Shown here piece after piece: positions 1 through 9,583 of a stretch of 43,665 nucleotides of DNA (position 1 is its first letter; every line of letters starts with the position of its first letter). A model generated the notes under the pieces. That model did no database searches. It had not been told where the DNA came from and worked only from the letters and a program-made list of their open reading frames with translations. The translations under genes and the position numbers were made by a program. Origin of the DNA: an uncultured Lachnospiraceae bacterium. Lineage in GTDB: Bacteria; Bacillota; Clostridia; Christensenellales; Pumilibacteraceae. The stretch spans positions 1 through 43,665 of the forward strand of contig CAYTKK010000001.1 in assembly GCA_964438355.1 (NCBI GenBank), read 5' to 3'.

Positions 1-251
1 CCAAGACCGGTGATCTCGCGAACTGCCTTGATAACGGCAATCTTGTTGCCACCGATTTCCTTAAGAACAACGGTGAACTCGGTCTGCTCTTCTGCAGCGG
101 GAGCAGCCTCGCCTGCGCCTGCAGCCGGACCAGCAACAGCCATAGCCGCTGCGGAAACGCCGAACTCTTCCTCGAGCATCTTAACGAAATCGTTAAGCTC
201 GAGAACGGTCATACCCTTAATCTCTTCCATAAGTTTGGTCAAATCTGCCAT
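1..251 (-). CDS. rplL: 50S ribosomal protein L7/L12; the C-terminal end runs off the window
   Basis: The reverse-strand translation starting at the ATG at 251 reads [33 protein letters not shown]...[13 protein letters not shown], with the Ala-rich hinge typical of L7/L12. It lies directly downstream of rplJ. The plus-strand ORF 10..609 is its antisense shadow. Confidence 0.95.
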   Translation of the reverse strand, partial: MADLTKLMEEIKGMTVLELNDFVKMLEEEFGVSAAAMAVAGPAAGAGEAAPAAEEQTEFTVVLKEIGGNKIAVIKAVREITGL

Positions 252-342
252 TTTTATTTTCTCCTTAAAATCTTTTTTTGAATTTGTTTTGGTTCGTCGA
301 AAGGCGATTAAGCGCTTTCACGCCACGCCGTCGAACAATAGT

Positions 343-837
343 TTACGCTTCTTGCTTCTTCGCAATCTCGGAAAGTGCAACGGCGAGCGAACGCACGGGC
401 GACTGCAACATACCGAGCAATTGAGCGATGAGTACGGGCTTTGCGGGAATAGACGCAACCTTGGTGATTCCGTCCGCGTCCATGGCCTTACCCTCGACTA
501 CGCCGCCCTTAACCTTAATCTTGTTGGTCTTCTTTACGTTGTCTACTATGATTTTTGCAGGAGCAACTGCGTCGTCATAGGAAATAGCCATAGAGGTAGG
601 TCCCTCTAAAGCCGCGTCGAAGCCTTCAACACCGGCATTCTTAAGCGCGCGAAGTACGAGGCGGTTCTTGATAACCTTGTACTCAACGTTTGCCTTACGC
701 AGCTCACTTCTCATAGCGGTATCTTCCGCTACGTTAAGTCCGCGATAGTCTACCAAGACGAAGGACTTTGCCTTACCGATCTTTTCAACATACTCTGCGA
801 CTTGCTGCTCTTTAATCTTAATGGTTTCTGCTGACAT
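343..837 (-). CDS. rplJ: 50S ribosomal protein L10
   Basis: The ORF 343..879 translation is L10-like (VLVDYRGLNVAEDTAMRSELRKANVEYKVIKNRL). I moved the start to the internal ATG at 837 (MSAETIK), which is preceded by GGAGGA. Confidence 0.93.
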   Translation of the reverse strand: MSAETIKIKEQQVAEYVEKIGKAKSFVLVDYRGLNVAEDTAMRSELRKANVEYKVIKNRLVLRALKNAGVEGFDAALEGPTSMAISYDDAVAPAKIIVDNVKKTNKIKVKGGVVEGKAMDADGITKVASIPAKPVLIAQLLGMLQSPVRSLAVALSEIAKKQEA

Positions 838-1010
838 TTTTATCCTCCTTTCTAGAATATAAACAAATCCGACTGCCAAAGTAGCAATCGGATTGAAGAA
901 AGGTCAAACTCTCTTTCCTTTTACCTCGGCAAGCACTCCTTAATACGGAGTTTACGCAAAACGCACTTGCTGTCTTTGGCGCAGTTGGAAATATTTACTT
1001 TGTTTAATCT
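838..1010 (-). promoter_or_regulatory. rplJL leader RNA, a candidate L10(L12)4-responsive attenuator
   Basis: This is a 186-nt untranslated gap between rplA and rplJ. On the minus strand there are nested hairpins (GCAAG...CTCC-GTATTAA-GGAG...CTTGC). They are followed by a terminator-like hairpin, AATCCGATTGC-loop-GCAGTCGGATT plus a U-rich tail, at plus coordinates 866-894, just before the RBS. The position matches the known L10 leader of Firmicutes. I did not check the structure against a covariance model. Confidence 0.45.
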
Positions 1011-1023
1011 TTAAGCCTCGCGG

Positions 1024-1710
1024 TTACGCTCTGTAAGCGACCTTGATTCCGGGGCCCATCGTCGAAGCGAGCGTAACGCTCTTTACGTAAACGCCTTTTG
1101 CCGCTGCGGGCTTAGCCTTTACGATTGCTTCCATAAGCACGTTGAAGTTTTCTTCGATCTTCTCTTCGCCGAAGGACTTCTTTCCGATCGGGCAGTGGAT
1201 AATAGCGGTCTTGTCGACGCGGTACTCTACTTTACCTGCCTTGGTATCATTGATAGCCTTTACGACGTCCATAGTAACGGTTCCGCTCTTGGGCGACGGC
1301 ATAAGTCCTTTAGGTCCGAGGATTCTTGCGACTCTACCGAGTTGTCCCATCATATCGGGAGTTGTGATAACTACGTCGAAATCGAGGAAGTTCTGAGTCT
1401 GAATCTTTGCGATGATGTCCTCTGCGCCTACGATGTCGGCACCTGCAGCGAGTGCAGCCTCCGCCTTATCGCCGCGTGCGATTACAAGTACTTTAACCGA
1501 CTTACCGGTACCGTTGGGAAGAACGACCGTTCCGCGGACCTGTTGGTCTGCCTGACGGGGGTCAACGCCCAAACGAACGTGAAGCTCGATGGTCTCGTCG
1601 AACTTTGCCTTTGCGGTTGAGAGCACGTTCTTTACCGCGTCGGAAACTTCGTAAGACTTGGTAACGTCTACTTCTTTAATGCTGTTAGCGTAATTCTTGC
1701 CGTATTTCAT
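1024..1710 (-). CDS. rplA: 50S ribosomal protein L1
   Basis: The 228-aa translation is typical of L1 ([34 protein letters not shown]) and sits in the conserved position after rplK. Confidence 0.97.
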   Translation of the reverse strand: MKYGKNYANSIKEVDVTKSYEVSDAVKNVLSTAKAKFDETIELHVRLGVDPRQADQQVRGTVVLPNGTGKSVKVLVIARGDKAEAALAAGADIVGAEDIIAKIQTQNFLDFDVVITTPDMMGQLGRVARILGPKGLMPSPKSGTVTMDVVKAINDTKAGKVEYRVDKTAIIHCPIGKKSFGEEKIEENFNVLMEAIVKAKPAAAKGVYVKSVTLASTMGPGIKVAYRA

Positions 1711-1722
1711 AGTGTTACCTCC

Positions 1723-2148
1723 TTAGTCCTCTACAACAACGCCCATGCTGCGTGCAGTACCTGCAATCATGCTCATGGCGCTTTCGATAGAAGCCGCATT
1801 AAGGTCGGGCATCTTAAGCTCGGCAATTTCTCTTACCTGCGCAGTGGTGATCTTCGCAACCTTGTCCTTATTCGGCTTTGCCGAACCGCTCTCGATCTTG
1901 CACGCCTTCTTGATGAGGACGGGCGCGGGAGGCGTCTTGAGGACGAAGGTGAACGAACGGTCTGCATAAATGCTGATTACGACCGGGATAATCAATCCTT
2001 CTTGCGCTCTTGTTTTCTCGTTAAATTCCTTGGTAAATCCGGGTATGTTGATACCGTGCGGACCGAGGGACGAACCTACCGGGGGACCGGGGGTTGCCTT
2101 ACCGGCAGGAAGTTGCAGTTTAACTACTGCTTGCAATTTCTTTGCCAT
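1723..2148 (-). CDS. rplK: 50S ribosomal protein L11
   Basis: The 141-aa translation contains [35 protein letters not shown], the hallmark L11 N-terminal domain. Confidence 0.97.
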   Translation of the reverse strand: MAKKLQAVVKLQLPAGKATPGPPVGSSLGPHGINIPGFTKEFNEKTRAQEGLIIPVVISIYADRSFTFVLKTPPAPVLIKKACKIESGSAKPNKDKVAKITTAQVREIAELKMPDLNAASIESAMSMIAGTARSMGVVVED

Positions 2149-2233
2149 TTTTGGCTCTCCTTGTAAAAAAATTTATTTTATACAATCGCGGTGCTAACGA
2201 GCAAATCGCATAGTTTGCTCTCCCGGTTATATA

Positions 2234-2770
2234 CTAATCTGCGATATCCGCGTGCTCGATTTGATAAAGCTCGAGCTCGACGGGAGTCATTCTTCCGAAC
2301 ATGCTTACGGTAAGCTTACACTTGCCGCGAGCAGCGTCCAACGCGTCCACGGTACCGATAAAGCCTTCGAACGCGCCGTCGACTATCTTGACGGTCTCGC
2401 CGATTACAAAATCCATATCGACTACGGCAGGCTTCTCGAGGTGCATACGCTTTACCTCGTCCTCGGTAAGCGGCAACGGGCGACCTTGAGGTCCTACGAA
2501 GCCGGTTACTCCGCGAGTGTTCGTAACGATATGCCACATGTCGTTGTTATAGTCCATTTTAACAAACACGTAACTGGGCATCATTCGACGCTGAACTATC
2601 TTTCTTTTGCCGTTCTTCTCCTCTACTACGTCTTCCATCGGAATGACGATGTCCACAAGTTTGTCAAGCAAATCGTTTTTCTGGAATACCAGACGCAAAT
2701 TTTCCTTGACCATATTCTCGTAGCCGGAATAGGTGTGGAGAATATACCACTTTGCGTTTTCTATAGACAT
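2234..2770 (-). CDS. nusG: Transcription termination/antitermination factor NusG
   Basis: It has an NGN domain (KWYILHTYSGYENMVKENL) and a KOW motif (GETVKIVDGAFEGFIGTV). I prefer the ATG at 2770 (MSIEN) to the GTG at 2782 because of the spacing from the AGGAG. Confidence 0.93.
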   Translation of the reverse strand: MSIENAKWYILHTYSGYENMVKENLRLVFQKNDLLDKLVDIVIPMEDVVEEKNGKRKIVQRRMMPSYVFVKMDYNNDMWHIVTNTRGVTGFVGPQGRPLPLTEDEVKRMHLEKPAVVDMDFVIGETVKIVDGAFEGFIGTVDALDAARGKCKLTVSMFGRMTPVELELYQIEHADIAD

Positions 2771-3066
2771 AAGGGTAAGCACGCTCCTACGTTTGACGAT
2801 AACGCGGTCATAAGACCGGTGACGCTTGCGGCAGAACCGCCGTTAAGACCTTGTACCAAAACACTGTACAACCAGCCCAGAAGCGCATCGAAACCCATCA
2901 GCACGACAAGAAAAACCAAAACTATAGCAAGAACCACTCCGGTTTGCTTTACGACGGTTGCGAAACTCGGCCAAGTAACTTTCTTGAGTTCGCTGAACGT
3001 TTCCTTAATCCTGCCACGCTTTTTCGGCTTCTTTTCCTTCTGCTTAGCAGTTGTTTCCTTCGCCAT
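2761..3066 (-). CDS. secE: Preprotein translocase subunit SecE, with a Lys-rich N-terminal tail
   Basis: It has a single TM helix (VVLAIVLVFLVVLMGFDALLGWLY) preceded by KETFSELKKVTWP. It sits in the conserved position between rpmG and nusG and overlaps the nusG start by 10 nt. Confidence 0.85.
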   Translation of the reverse strand: MAKETTAKQKEKKPKKRGRIKETFSELKKVTWPSFATVVKQTGVVLAIVLVFLVVLMGFDALLGWLYSVLVQGLNGGSAASVTGLMTALSSNVGACLPLCL

Positions 3067-3092
3067 TTTTATCTCCTCTTATCGAAAACGAC

Positions 3093-3254
3093 TTACTTCG
3101 TCTCTTTGTGGACGGTGTGCTTGCCGCAGAACTTGCAGTACTTCTTAAGCTCGATTCTGTCGGGATCGTTCTTCTTGTTCTTTGTGTTGTCGTAGTTGCG
3201 CTGCTTGCACTCGGTGCACGCGAGCGTAATTCTGTTTCTGTTGGCACTTGCCAT
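3093..3254 (-). CDS. rpmG: 50S ribosomal protein L33 (53 aa, absent from the ORF track because it is shorter than 60 aa)
   Basis: Hand translation from the ATG at 3254 gives [53 protein letters not shown], then a stop. It has the CxxC...CxxC zinc-ribbon form of L33 and an AGGAGG RBS upstream. The listed ORF 3044..3247 is in a different frame and is spurious. Confidence 0.93.
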   Translation of the reverse strand: MASANRNRITLACTECKQRNYDNTKNKKNDPDRIELKKYCKFCGKHTVHKETK

Positions 3255-3319
3255 GGCAGTGAGCCTCCTAATCTAAAGTTCTACTTAAAAATACACCCGT
3301 TTATTCGGGGTGCTTTAAT

Positions 3320-3348
3320 AATTTATCACTATTGCGGATAATTGTCAA
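3320..3348 (-). promoter_or_regulatory. Sigma-A type promoter for the rpmG-secE-nusG transcription unit
   Basis: The minus strand reads TTGACA (plus 3343-3348), a 17-nt spacer, then TAAATT (plus 3320-3325), about 65 nt upstream of the rpmG ATG. Confidence 0.55.
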
Positions 3349-3388
3349 GCATTTTGCTTCGAATTTATGATTTATTTTACGTTTTTGA

Positions 3389-3508
3389 CCACTTTTTCCC
3401 ACTCCGATTCACTTTTATCCACAACACCTCACTTTCGTCCACAACACTTCACTTTTACACACAGTATTTCACCTTCATCTATAGTGATTCACTTTCGTTT
3501 ACCCTTGC
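3389..3508. repeat. Six head-to-tail 20-bp units, each made of two 10-bp half-units with a YYCAC core
   Basis: The units start at 3389, 3409, 3429, 3449, 3469 and 3489: ccactttttcccactccgat / tcacttttatccacaacacc / tcactttcgtccacaacact / tcacttttacacacagtatt / tcaccttcatctatagtgat / tcactttcgtttacccttgc. The period is exactly 20 bp and there are no spacers. Confidence 0.85.
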
Positions 3509-3770
3509 CGCATAACCGAAAATAGTACCGAAAGCGCGAACTGCAAAAATTTTTCACACCAAAGAAAAACAAACAATCGCCCCTCAAAAAAAACGAGAAG
3601 CGACCGCTTATTGCTTCATTAAGAAAAAGAAACGACACAAACGCCGTTTCCCTTATCCTTTAATATAATAATCCTGCAAAAACCTCTTTGCCGGAAACTC
3701 ACTGCGCCTTCGAACGCCAACAGTCGCGTGGAATTTCCGAATAAAATATTTTTGCCCTTTCCAAACTACT

Positions 3771-3995
3771 TTAGCAATTCAACAGACGAAGAATGTGTTT
3801 TGAAAGAATCATCAAAACGAGATCCGCTATCCAAATTACGTTCCAGCCTAAAGCTATACGCAAAATCGCCGCTATCAACTTACCTTCTTTAAGACGAGTA
3901 AGAACGCCAAACACAAGCGCCGTAACCGGAATGATTGCAAGTATAACGCTGACAAGATAACCCAAACCGAAATAATCGCTTTTTCTTTTAGCCAT
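3771..3995 (-). CDS. Small hypothetical membrane protein (74 aa, 2 predicted TM helices)
   Basis: An ORF with two hydrophobic helices and a basic N-terminus (MAKRKSDY). I recognised no family. Confidence 0.5.
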   Translation of the reverse strand: MAKRKSDYFGLGYLVSVILAIIPVTALVFGVLTRLKEGKLIAAILRIALGWNVIWIADLVLMILSKHILRLLNC

Positions 3996-4047
3996 AAGAT
4001 ACCCTCCGAAAAATTTTTATTATGCGTCCGAAAATTTGTTTTTGCTT

Positions 4048-4527
4048 TTACCTTCTGATTGCCCCGAGCAGGTACAATATTCCGTCTACTATCAGGATAA
4101 CTCCGATGATTATAAACAAAATATCCAAACTTGTGAAACCGTTTACGATAAGCATAACGCCCACCGCAACGGACACGATAAGTTTAATCAGAGCGAACAG
4201 TCCGTGTTTGCCGGCACCGAAAAAGTCAATTGCCGCGTAAACGATTAGCAGTACGCCGAGCACGAGAAGCGCAAGCCACACAAGACTCCAGCCGCTAACG
4301 ATTATCGCAACGCCGACCACTATATAGACTATACCGACCACCAGGTCGTTATGTTTAAGAATCTTCAACGCGCCGAAAACGATAAGCAGTACGCCCGCGG
4401 CGGTCATTATCCAGCCTAAAATACTGGTCTTAAAAATACACATCAGCACGCCGATAAGAATATATAGCAGCGCCATAAGTATATCGTACGTATTTCTACT
4501 ATACGACTTTGATTTCTTTTTTGCCAT
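4048..4527 (-). CDS. Multi-pass membrane protein, HdeD/DUF308-like
   Basis: It consists of repeated pairs of Gly/Val/Ile-rich TM helices (ILIGVLMCIF, GVLLIVFGALKI, VVGVAIIVSGW, and so on), which is typical of DUF308. I moved the start to the ATG at 4527 (MAKKKSKS), which follows GGGAGAA. Confidence 0.6.
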   Translation of the reverse strand: MAKKKSKSYSRNTYDILMALLYILIGVLMCIFKTSILGWIMTAAGVLLIVFGALKILKHNDLVVGIVYIVVGVAIIVSGWSLVWLALLVLGVLLIVYAAIDFFGAGKHGLFALIKLIVSVAVGVMLIVNGFTSLDILFIIIGVILIVDGILYLLGAIRR

Positions 4528-4806
4528 TTTTGCTTTCTCCCTGAAGTTTTTTGGCGTCACGCAGGCGACGACGAACCGAAACTCGACTCACAATCCGCTT
4601 CGTTCACCAAGTAATATTTTACACCAGCAGATGCTTTTTGTCAATAATTTTCATAAGAAAAGTCGCCGACGTCTCCGATTCGCAACGCGTCTCATTCGTG
4701 ACAAAACAGCCGCTATTCGCCAGTCAAAAAATTTGACTGGCGCCGTTTTTACATTCGATACCGCAACGCTTCTAACTCTTTTGCCGTCAAAAAATTAAAA
4801 ATCGCA

Positions 4807-6138
4807 TCAATAACGATACCGCTTTTTCTGAGTCACGATAAACGCCAAGGAAATGAAAAGAGCAAGCGTCTCCGCAACCACGACAGACAACCACACGCCG
4901 TTTATTCCGAATATGAGCGGCATAACGAGAATCGTCGCGACTTGCAAAACGAGCGTACGAATAAACGAAACGAGCGCGGAAATCAAGCCGTTATTCAGAG
5001 CCGTAAAGAACGATGACGTAAAGATGTTGATCCCGAAAATCAAAAACGAAATTCCGTACAATCGCATTCCGTTTGCCGTCAGCGCCAGGAGACTATCGTC
5101 GCCGCTCGTAAACATACTCGATAGCGGAGTAGCGAAAATTTCGGTCAGAACAGTCATCACCACGCCGAGAATCGACAAAATTACAAGGCTTTTGCGCAAA
5201 AGATTTTTTAATTCGCTATGGTTTTCGGCACCGTAGTGATAACTTATAATGGGCGCGGTTCCTATCGAATAGCCGATAAATATCGCCGCAAAAATAAATC
5301 CTGCGTACATTATTACGCCATACGCCGCTACGCCGTCCTCCCCCGCCACTTTAAGTAGCTGCATATTAAACAGCATACTGATAATCGACGAAGAAATATT
5401 CGTAACAAGCTCCGACGAGCCGTTCGCGCAAGCAAAACCGATTGCTCGAAAATCGAACTTTGCCTTCACAAGTCGCAGAAGACTCTTATTTGTCTTTTTG
5501 ACAAAATAGAAAATAGGCACTACTCCGCCAACCGCATAACTTATCCCGGTCGCAACCGCCGCACCGACGAGTCCCCATCCGAAAACGGCGACAAACAACG
5601 TGTCGAGAACAATGTTGGTAAGTCCTGCCGCCACCGTTACGGCAAAACCGAGCATAGGCTTTTCAGCAACGATAAAAATGCTTTGAAAAGCGTTCTGCAA
5701 CATAAACAAAAAATTAACGGCTATCAAAATCCTACCGTAAAGCACGCAGTCTCCGATCATCGCGGGGGTCGCGCCTAACAGTATCGCTATGGGCTCTAGC
5801 AACGCAAATCCAGCTACGGATATAACTGCGCCGACAATAGCCGTAAAATATACGACCATCGAAAATATTTTATTTGCCTTTTCCGAATCGCCCTCGCCAA
5901 GCGTTTTTGCGACCAAAGCGCTTCCACCGGTTCCCATCATAAAGCCGATTGAACCGAGAATCATCAAAACAGGCATTATAAGATTTATCGAAGCAAATGC
6001 GGTCTTTCCTGCGAAATTAGAAACGAACAGACCGTCCACAACGCTGTAAATCGACGTAAATATCATCATAAAAATAGGCGGCAACACCGCCTTAAACAGT
6101 TTTTTATACGTAAAATGTTCCGATAGACTGACAGCCAT
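4807..6138 (-). CDS. MATE family efflux transporter
   Basis: This is a 443-aa protein with about 12 TM helices and a MATE-like N-terminus (LPPIFMMIFTSIYSVVDGLFVSNFAGKTAFASINL). Confidence 0.88.
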   Translation of the reverse strand: MAVSLSEHFTYKKLFKAVLPPIFMMIFTSIYSVVDGLFVSNFAGKTAFASINLIMPVLMILGSIGFMMGTGGSALVAKTLGEGDSEKANKIFSMVVYFTAIVGAVISVAGFALLEPIAILLGATPAMIGDCVLYGRILIAVNFLFMLQNAFQSIFIVAEKPMLGFAVTVAAGLTNIVLDTLFVAVFGWGLVGAAVATGISYAVGGVVPIFYFVKKTNKSLLRLVKAKFDFRAIGFACANGSSELVTNISSSIISMLFNMQLLKVAGEDGVAAYGVIMYAGFIFAAIFIGYSIGTAPIISYHYGAENHSELKNLLRKSLVILSILGVVMTVLTEIFATPLSSMFTSGDDSLLALTANGMRLYGISFLIFGINIFTSSFFTALNNGLISALVSFIRTLVLQVATILVMPLIFGINGVWLSVVVAETLALFISLAFIVTQKKRYRY

Positions 6139-6505
6139 ATTTTCTCCTTAAAGCAACAAGCATGCAAAAAACGCCGAATATAATAAAGCGAGCGCGATTA
6201 GAAAAACTAACAGAGCTCACTCCGCATCTTATCAACTTTTATGCTGCGGCATAAAGTTCTCCGATGACCGATATTCGATTGCCCGATAATTATAATCAAA
6301 ACGTCGCGAAAAGTCAACAACATATCGCGATATTTTTATGTAATCGAAATTACAAATCAAAAGAACTATGTTTTTATCAAACGCCAAATCATCTTACGCG
6401 CTCGAAAATCGCCGATTAAAGAGTTTGGCAAATAGTATTACCTTTTGAAACGCGAGTTAAAACAAGCGAAAAAGTGCCTCATCGCAAATGACGAGAAAAC
6501 GCCGG

Positions 6506-7405
6506 CTAAAAACACCCGACATTGTTTTCTTTCAAGACGCTTTTGGCGCGTTCGAGCTGCTCGTCCGTCGGAATCCATTCGTTTTTTCCGTTATCTTCCC
6601 CGCCCAAAAAAACCTTTTTTGCTCCGCCATAAGTATGATACGGCAAAAACTCAACGCCCTCGCAATGTGCTAAAGACGCAGCAATCTCAGCGACGCCGCG
6701 ATAATGCTCTTCGCGCGTATTGACTCCGTTTATCAAAATACACCTCAAGCGCGTTTTTGCTCCGCTTGCGTCTACAGCTGCAAGATTATCGAGTATAGCC
6801 CTATTGCTCATACCGGTGTACTTTTTGTGGCGCTCATCATCGGTATCCTTTACGTCCCATAAAAACAAATCGACAAAAGGGACGGCTTCAAGCAAAACGT
6901 TCGTATCTACACATCCGCAAGTCTCCACCACTACGTGAAGACCCTTTTCTTTACAAGCTTTCAACAAAGCGACGGTAGCGGCGTTTTGCGCAAATGGCTC
7001 TCCGCCCGACAGCGTGATTCCGCCGTTTAATCCGTAAAAATCCTTATCTCTTTCCGCAACGGACAATATTTCATCGACGGACATATTTTTACCGCAAACC
7101 TCCAGCGCGCCGGTCGGGCAGTACTTTACGCACTCGCCGCACAAAACACACTTCGTTCGGTCAACAACGCGCTGTCCGCGCACGGCGTGAACCGCATGCA
7201 AGCAAGAACTCTCGCACACTCCGCACCCGACGCATTTATTGCGATAAAACAGTAGTTCCGAAGCGCTTGTTTGCGTTTCGGGATTATGACACCACGCGCA
7301 ACGCAGCGGACACCCTTTCAAAAAAACGGTTGTACGAATCCCCGGACCGTCATGCATGCAAAACCGCTGGATTTCGGTCACTTTTAATGTTTTTTCAGTG
7401 TTCAT
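6506..7405 (-). CDS. Glycyl-radical enzyme activating protein (radical SAM)
   Basis: It has GPGIRTTVFLKGCPLRCAWCHNPE (the CX3CX2C radical-SAM cluster) plus two ferredoxin-like clusters (CVGCGVCESSC and CVLCGECVKYCP). It overlaps the end of the GRE gene by 11 nt. Confidence 0.9.
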   Translation of the reverse strand: MNTEKTLKVTEIQRFCMHDGPGIRTTVFLKGCPLRCAWCHNPETQTSASELLFYRNKCVGCGVCESSCLHAVHAVRGQRVVDRTKCVLCGECVKYCPTGALEVCGKNMSVDEILSVAERDKDFYGLNGGITLSGGEPFAQNAATVALLKACKEKGLHVVVETCGCVDTNVLLEAVPFVDLFLWDVKDTDDERHKKYTGMSNRAILDNLAAVDASGAKTRLRCILINGVNTREEHYRGVAEIAASLAHCEGVEFLPYHTYGGAKKVFLGGEDNGKNEWIPTDEQLERAKSVLKENNVGCF

Positions 7406-9524
7406 TTTGTTCGATAACCATATCCTGCCATTCTTTATCTAACGTCACGAATCGAGCGTTCCACCCCGAAACGCGAACGGAAAGAGTTTGGTAGTCCTCC
7501 GGGCGAGCTTGCGCCTCCCGAAGCAAAGACGCGTCGACTACGTCCGGTTGCATAAAAAATCCGCCAAGCGAAACGAATCCTCGCATTAACCCGATAAGCG
7601 CCTGTATTCCGTCCTCGCCTTTAACGCTGGACGGTAATAGTTTTACGTCGAGCGCCGCTCCCGTTGCAAGCTTAGAAAGGTCAGCCTTGCAGTATGAACG
7701 GATAATCGCCGTCGCGCCTTCTTTATCCGTGTTCGGCGTTGGAGAGCAGTTAGCAGCCAAGACATCGCCCACTCGTCTGCCGTGAGCGGACGCCAGCCTC
7801 TTCGACGCCCATTCCAGTTGGCGACCGAAAGTGCTGACTCCCGCAGGAAAACGATATCCGCATTTTCCGTTAAAAGACGTACAAATATCCGCAAAATCCG
7901 ACAGTAACCTAGCCGCAATATTATCCACCTCGTCATTATCGTTGCCGTAATAAACGTAGCGATTCGAAACATATTGTCTAAGCGATTCCGCACCCTCCCA
8001 GTCGTTTCGTAAAATTCTCATTAGCTCCGAAAAAGTCAGCTTCTTCTCGTCCCAGACAAGCTTTTTAATAGCGTACAAACTGTTTACCGTATCGGCAAGT
8101 CCGCCGATATGCGGCGAATTTATATTGTAAATGGGTCCGCCTTCGAGGTAGGACAGTCCTTTTTCGATACACCCCTGCTCGAAAAGCGATACCAACGTAC
8201 ACGGAGGCTGCTGCGCCCACTTCCAACCGTTTGTGGGCACTCCGAATTTTTCAAACTTTTTGTCCTTGTCTTGAAATATTTCCCGCACCTTACAATACAA
8301 ATCTTGCCTGTAATGCGCGTATAAGTCCTCGAAGTTAGAAAAAGACACTTCTTCACCATAGCCGCCCAGAGTGTTTTTTTGAAGAATCCACAAAGAATCG
8401 AAGGGCGAGTAAATAAAGAAAGTTTTGCCGGGAATCTGTACTTCCCAACAGCCGTCGTTAGCAAATTTACGTGCTTCGCGCTCGTCATATCCGTCCTTGA
8501 CAAGCGCCGAAATAACCAAGTCCTCGTTGTAAACGGCCAAGATACCGCCACCGTAACGCATAACCTCCGCTACCCTTCGCAAAAGCTTTTCGTCGGTATT
8601 TTTTCCTATGCGCACAGTAGTCGGAAAATCACTGATTCCCAGTTCTTCCAAAATATCGAGGACAAGATAAGTTACCTCGTTCGTAACTTCTTGCCCGTTT
8701 TCGTCGATGCCGGCAAGTACGATGTTTTGATAGTGCTGCGCGTCGCCGCTTCCGATATACTGCCCGTTTATCCACTCGCAACCCTTAATAAAGAAATGCG
8801 CCAAAATTTCTCTTGCTTCGTCCAAAGTAAGCGTACCGTTTTTAAGGTCTCTTTTAAGGTAATCGCCCAGCAAATAGTCTATACGTCCAATCCCCGGCCA
8901 ATTTCCGCACAAGCGCAAAAAAGCAAAGGTAAACCACAAACTTTGGACGGCTTCGTAAAAATTACGCGCCGGTCCGAAAGGAACTTGTTTTAAGTTTTCG
9001 TGGTTTTTTTCATATCCCGAAAGTGTGTGCAACGCACCGATATATCGTCCATGCCAAACCTCGAACGATTCGAGACAATTCAAACAACTTTTAACGAAAG
9101 CTTCTTTCTCCGTACCTTTGTATTTCTCGCAAGCCTTTTCGACTTTTTCCTTTATCGCATCGACGCCGCACTTCAGCACCGTTTCAAAATCAACGGTCAG
9201 GTGACTGATACCCGAACAAACAGGCTTCCCATCATAACTTGCCGGAACATAATGTCTGATTGCCATTCCCAGCGTCGCCGCGCCACTCAACTTCTCGCCT
9301 TCGCAAATTCGAATAGGCGCTTCCGCCACAATTTTGCCGATTGCAATATCGTATTTTTCCAGTTTCGAAAGCGCGTCCCAGTCTCGAACGTCGTCAAGAT
9401 ATACCGCGTCCGTTTTTAGAGTATCCTTTCCGTATTTGCGATTTAACGATTCGTACGCAAACTTTCTAGTCGCGTCCGCCAACCTTATCGGACGCACGTT
9501 ACCGTTTTGCGAGTAAAATTCCAT
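7395..9524 (-). CDS. Glycyl-radical enzyme, PFL2/dehydratase-like, substrate unknown (709 aa)
   Basis: It has a C-terminal glycyl-radical loop (LSVRVSGWNARFVTL) and a thiyl-radical loop with a Cys-x-Glu motif (FANDGCWEVQIPG). It is paired with the activase. Confidence 0.9.
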   Translation of the reverse strand: MEFYSQNGNVRPIRLADATRKFAYESLNRKYGKDTLKTDAVYLDDVRDWDALSKLEKYDIAIGKIVAEAPIRICEGEKLSGAATLGMAIRHYVPASYDGKPVCSGISHLTVDFETVLKCGVDAIKEKVEKACEKYKGTEKEAFVKSCLNCLESFEVWHGRYIGALHTLSGYEKNHENLKQVPFGPARNFYEAVQSLWFTFAFLRLCGNWPGIGRIDYLLGDYLKRDLKNGTLTLDEAREILAHFFIKGCEWINGQYIGSGDAQHYQNIVLAGIDENGQEVTNEVTYLVLDILEELGISDFPTTVRIGKNTDEKLLRRVAEVMRYGGGILAVYNEDLVISALVKDGYDEREARKFANDGCWEVQIPGKTFFIYSPFDSLWILQKNTLGGYGEEVSFSNFEDLYAHYRQDLYCKVREIFQDKDKKFEKFGVPTNGWKWAQQPPCTLVSLFEQGCIEKGLSYLEGGPIYNINSPHIGGLADTVNSLYAIKKLVWDEKKLTFSELMRILRNDWEGAESLRQYVSNRYVYYGNDNDEVDNIAARLLSDFADICTSFNGKCGYRFPAGVSTFGRQLEWASKRLASAHGRRVGDVLAANCSPTPNTDKEGATAIIRSYCKADLSKLATGAALDVKLLPSSVKGEDGIQALIGLMRGFVSLGGFFMQPDVVDASLLREAQARPEDYQTLSVRVSGWNARFVTLDKEWQDMVIEQNEH

Positions 9525-9583
9525 TCTTTGCCTCCGGCGCTATATCTTAATAAGATTATACAGTATAAGACTATTAAAAACAA

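Noticed and set aside
10-609. A 199-aa plus-strand ORF at the left edge.
   Set aside because: It is antisense to the clearly recognisable rplL and rplJ, and its Ala/Ser/Pro-rich translation has no motif.
3044-3247. The 67-aa minus-strand ORF from the track, which overlaps the rpmG region.
   Set aside because: It is in a different frame from the 53-aa ORF that translates to a textbook L33. Its own translation is a Ser/Thr/Arg-rich string with no RBS.
3389-3508. Whether the 20-bp repeat array is a small CRISPR array.
   Set aside because: The units are contiguous with no unique spacers between them. They are only 20 bp long and degenerate, and there are no cas genes in the window. I therefore treat it as a tandem or phased binding-site-like repeat.
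6139-6505. A riboswitch, sRNA or small gene in the 367-bp gap between the GRE activase and the MATE gene.
   Set aside because: I saw only a weak hairpin after the activase stop and AT-rich, promoter-like sequence for the MATE gene. There was no conserved-looking multi-stem structure that I could recognise. The ORFs at 6445-6723 overlap the activase in antisense.
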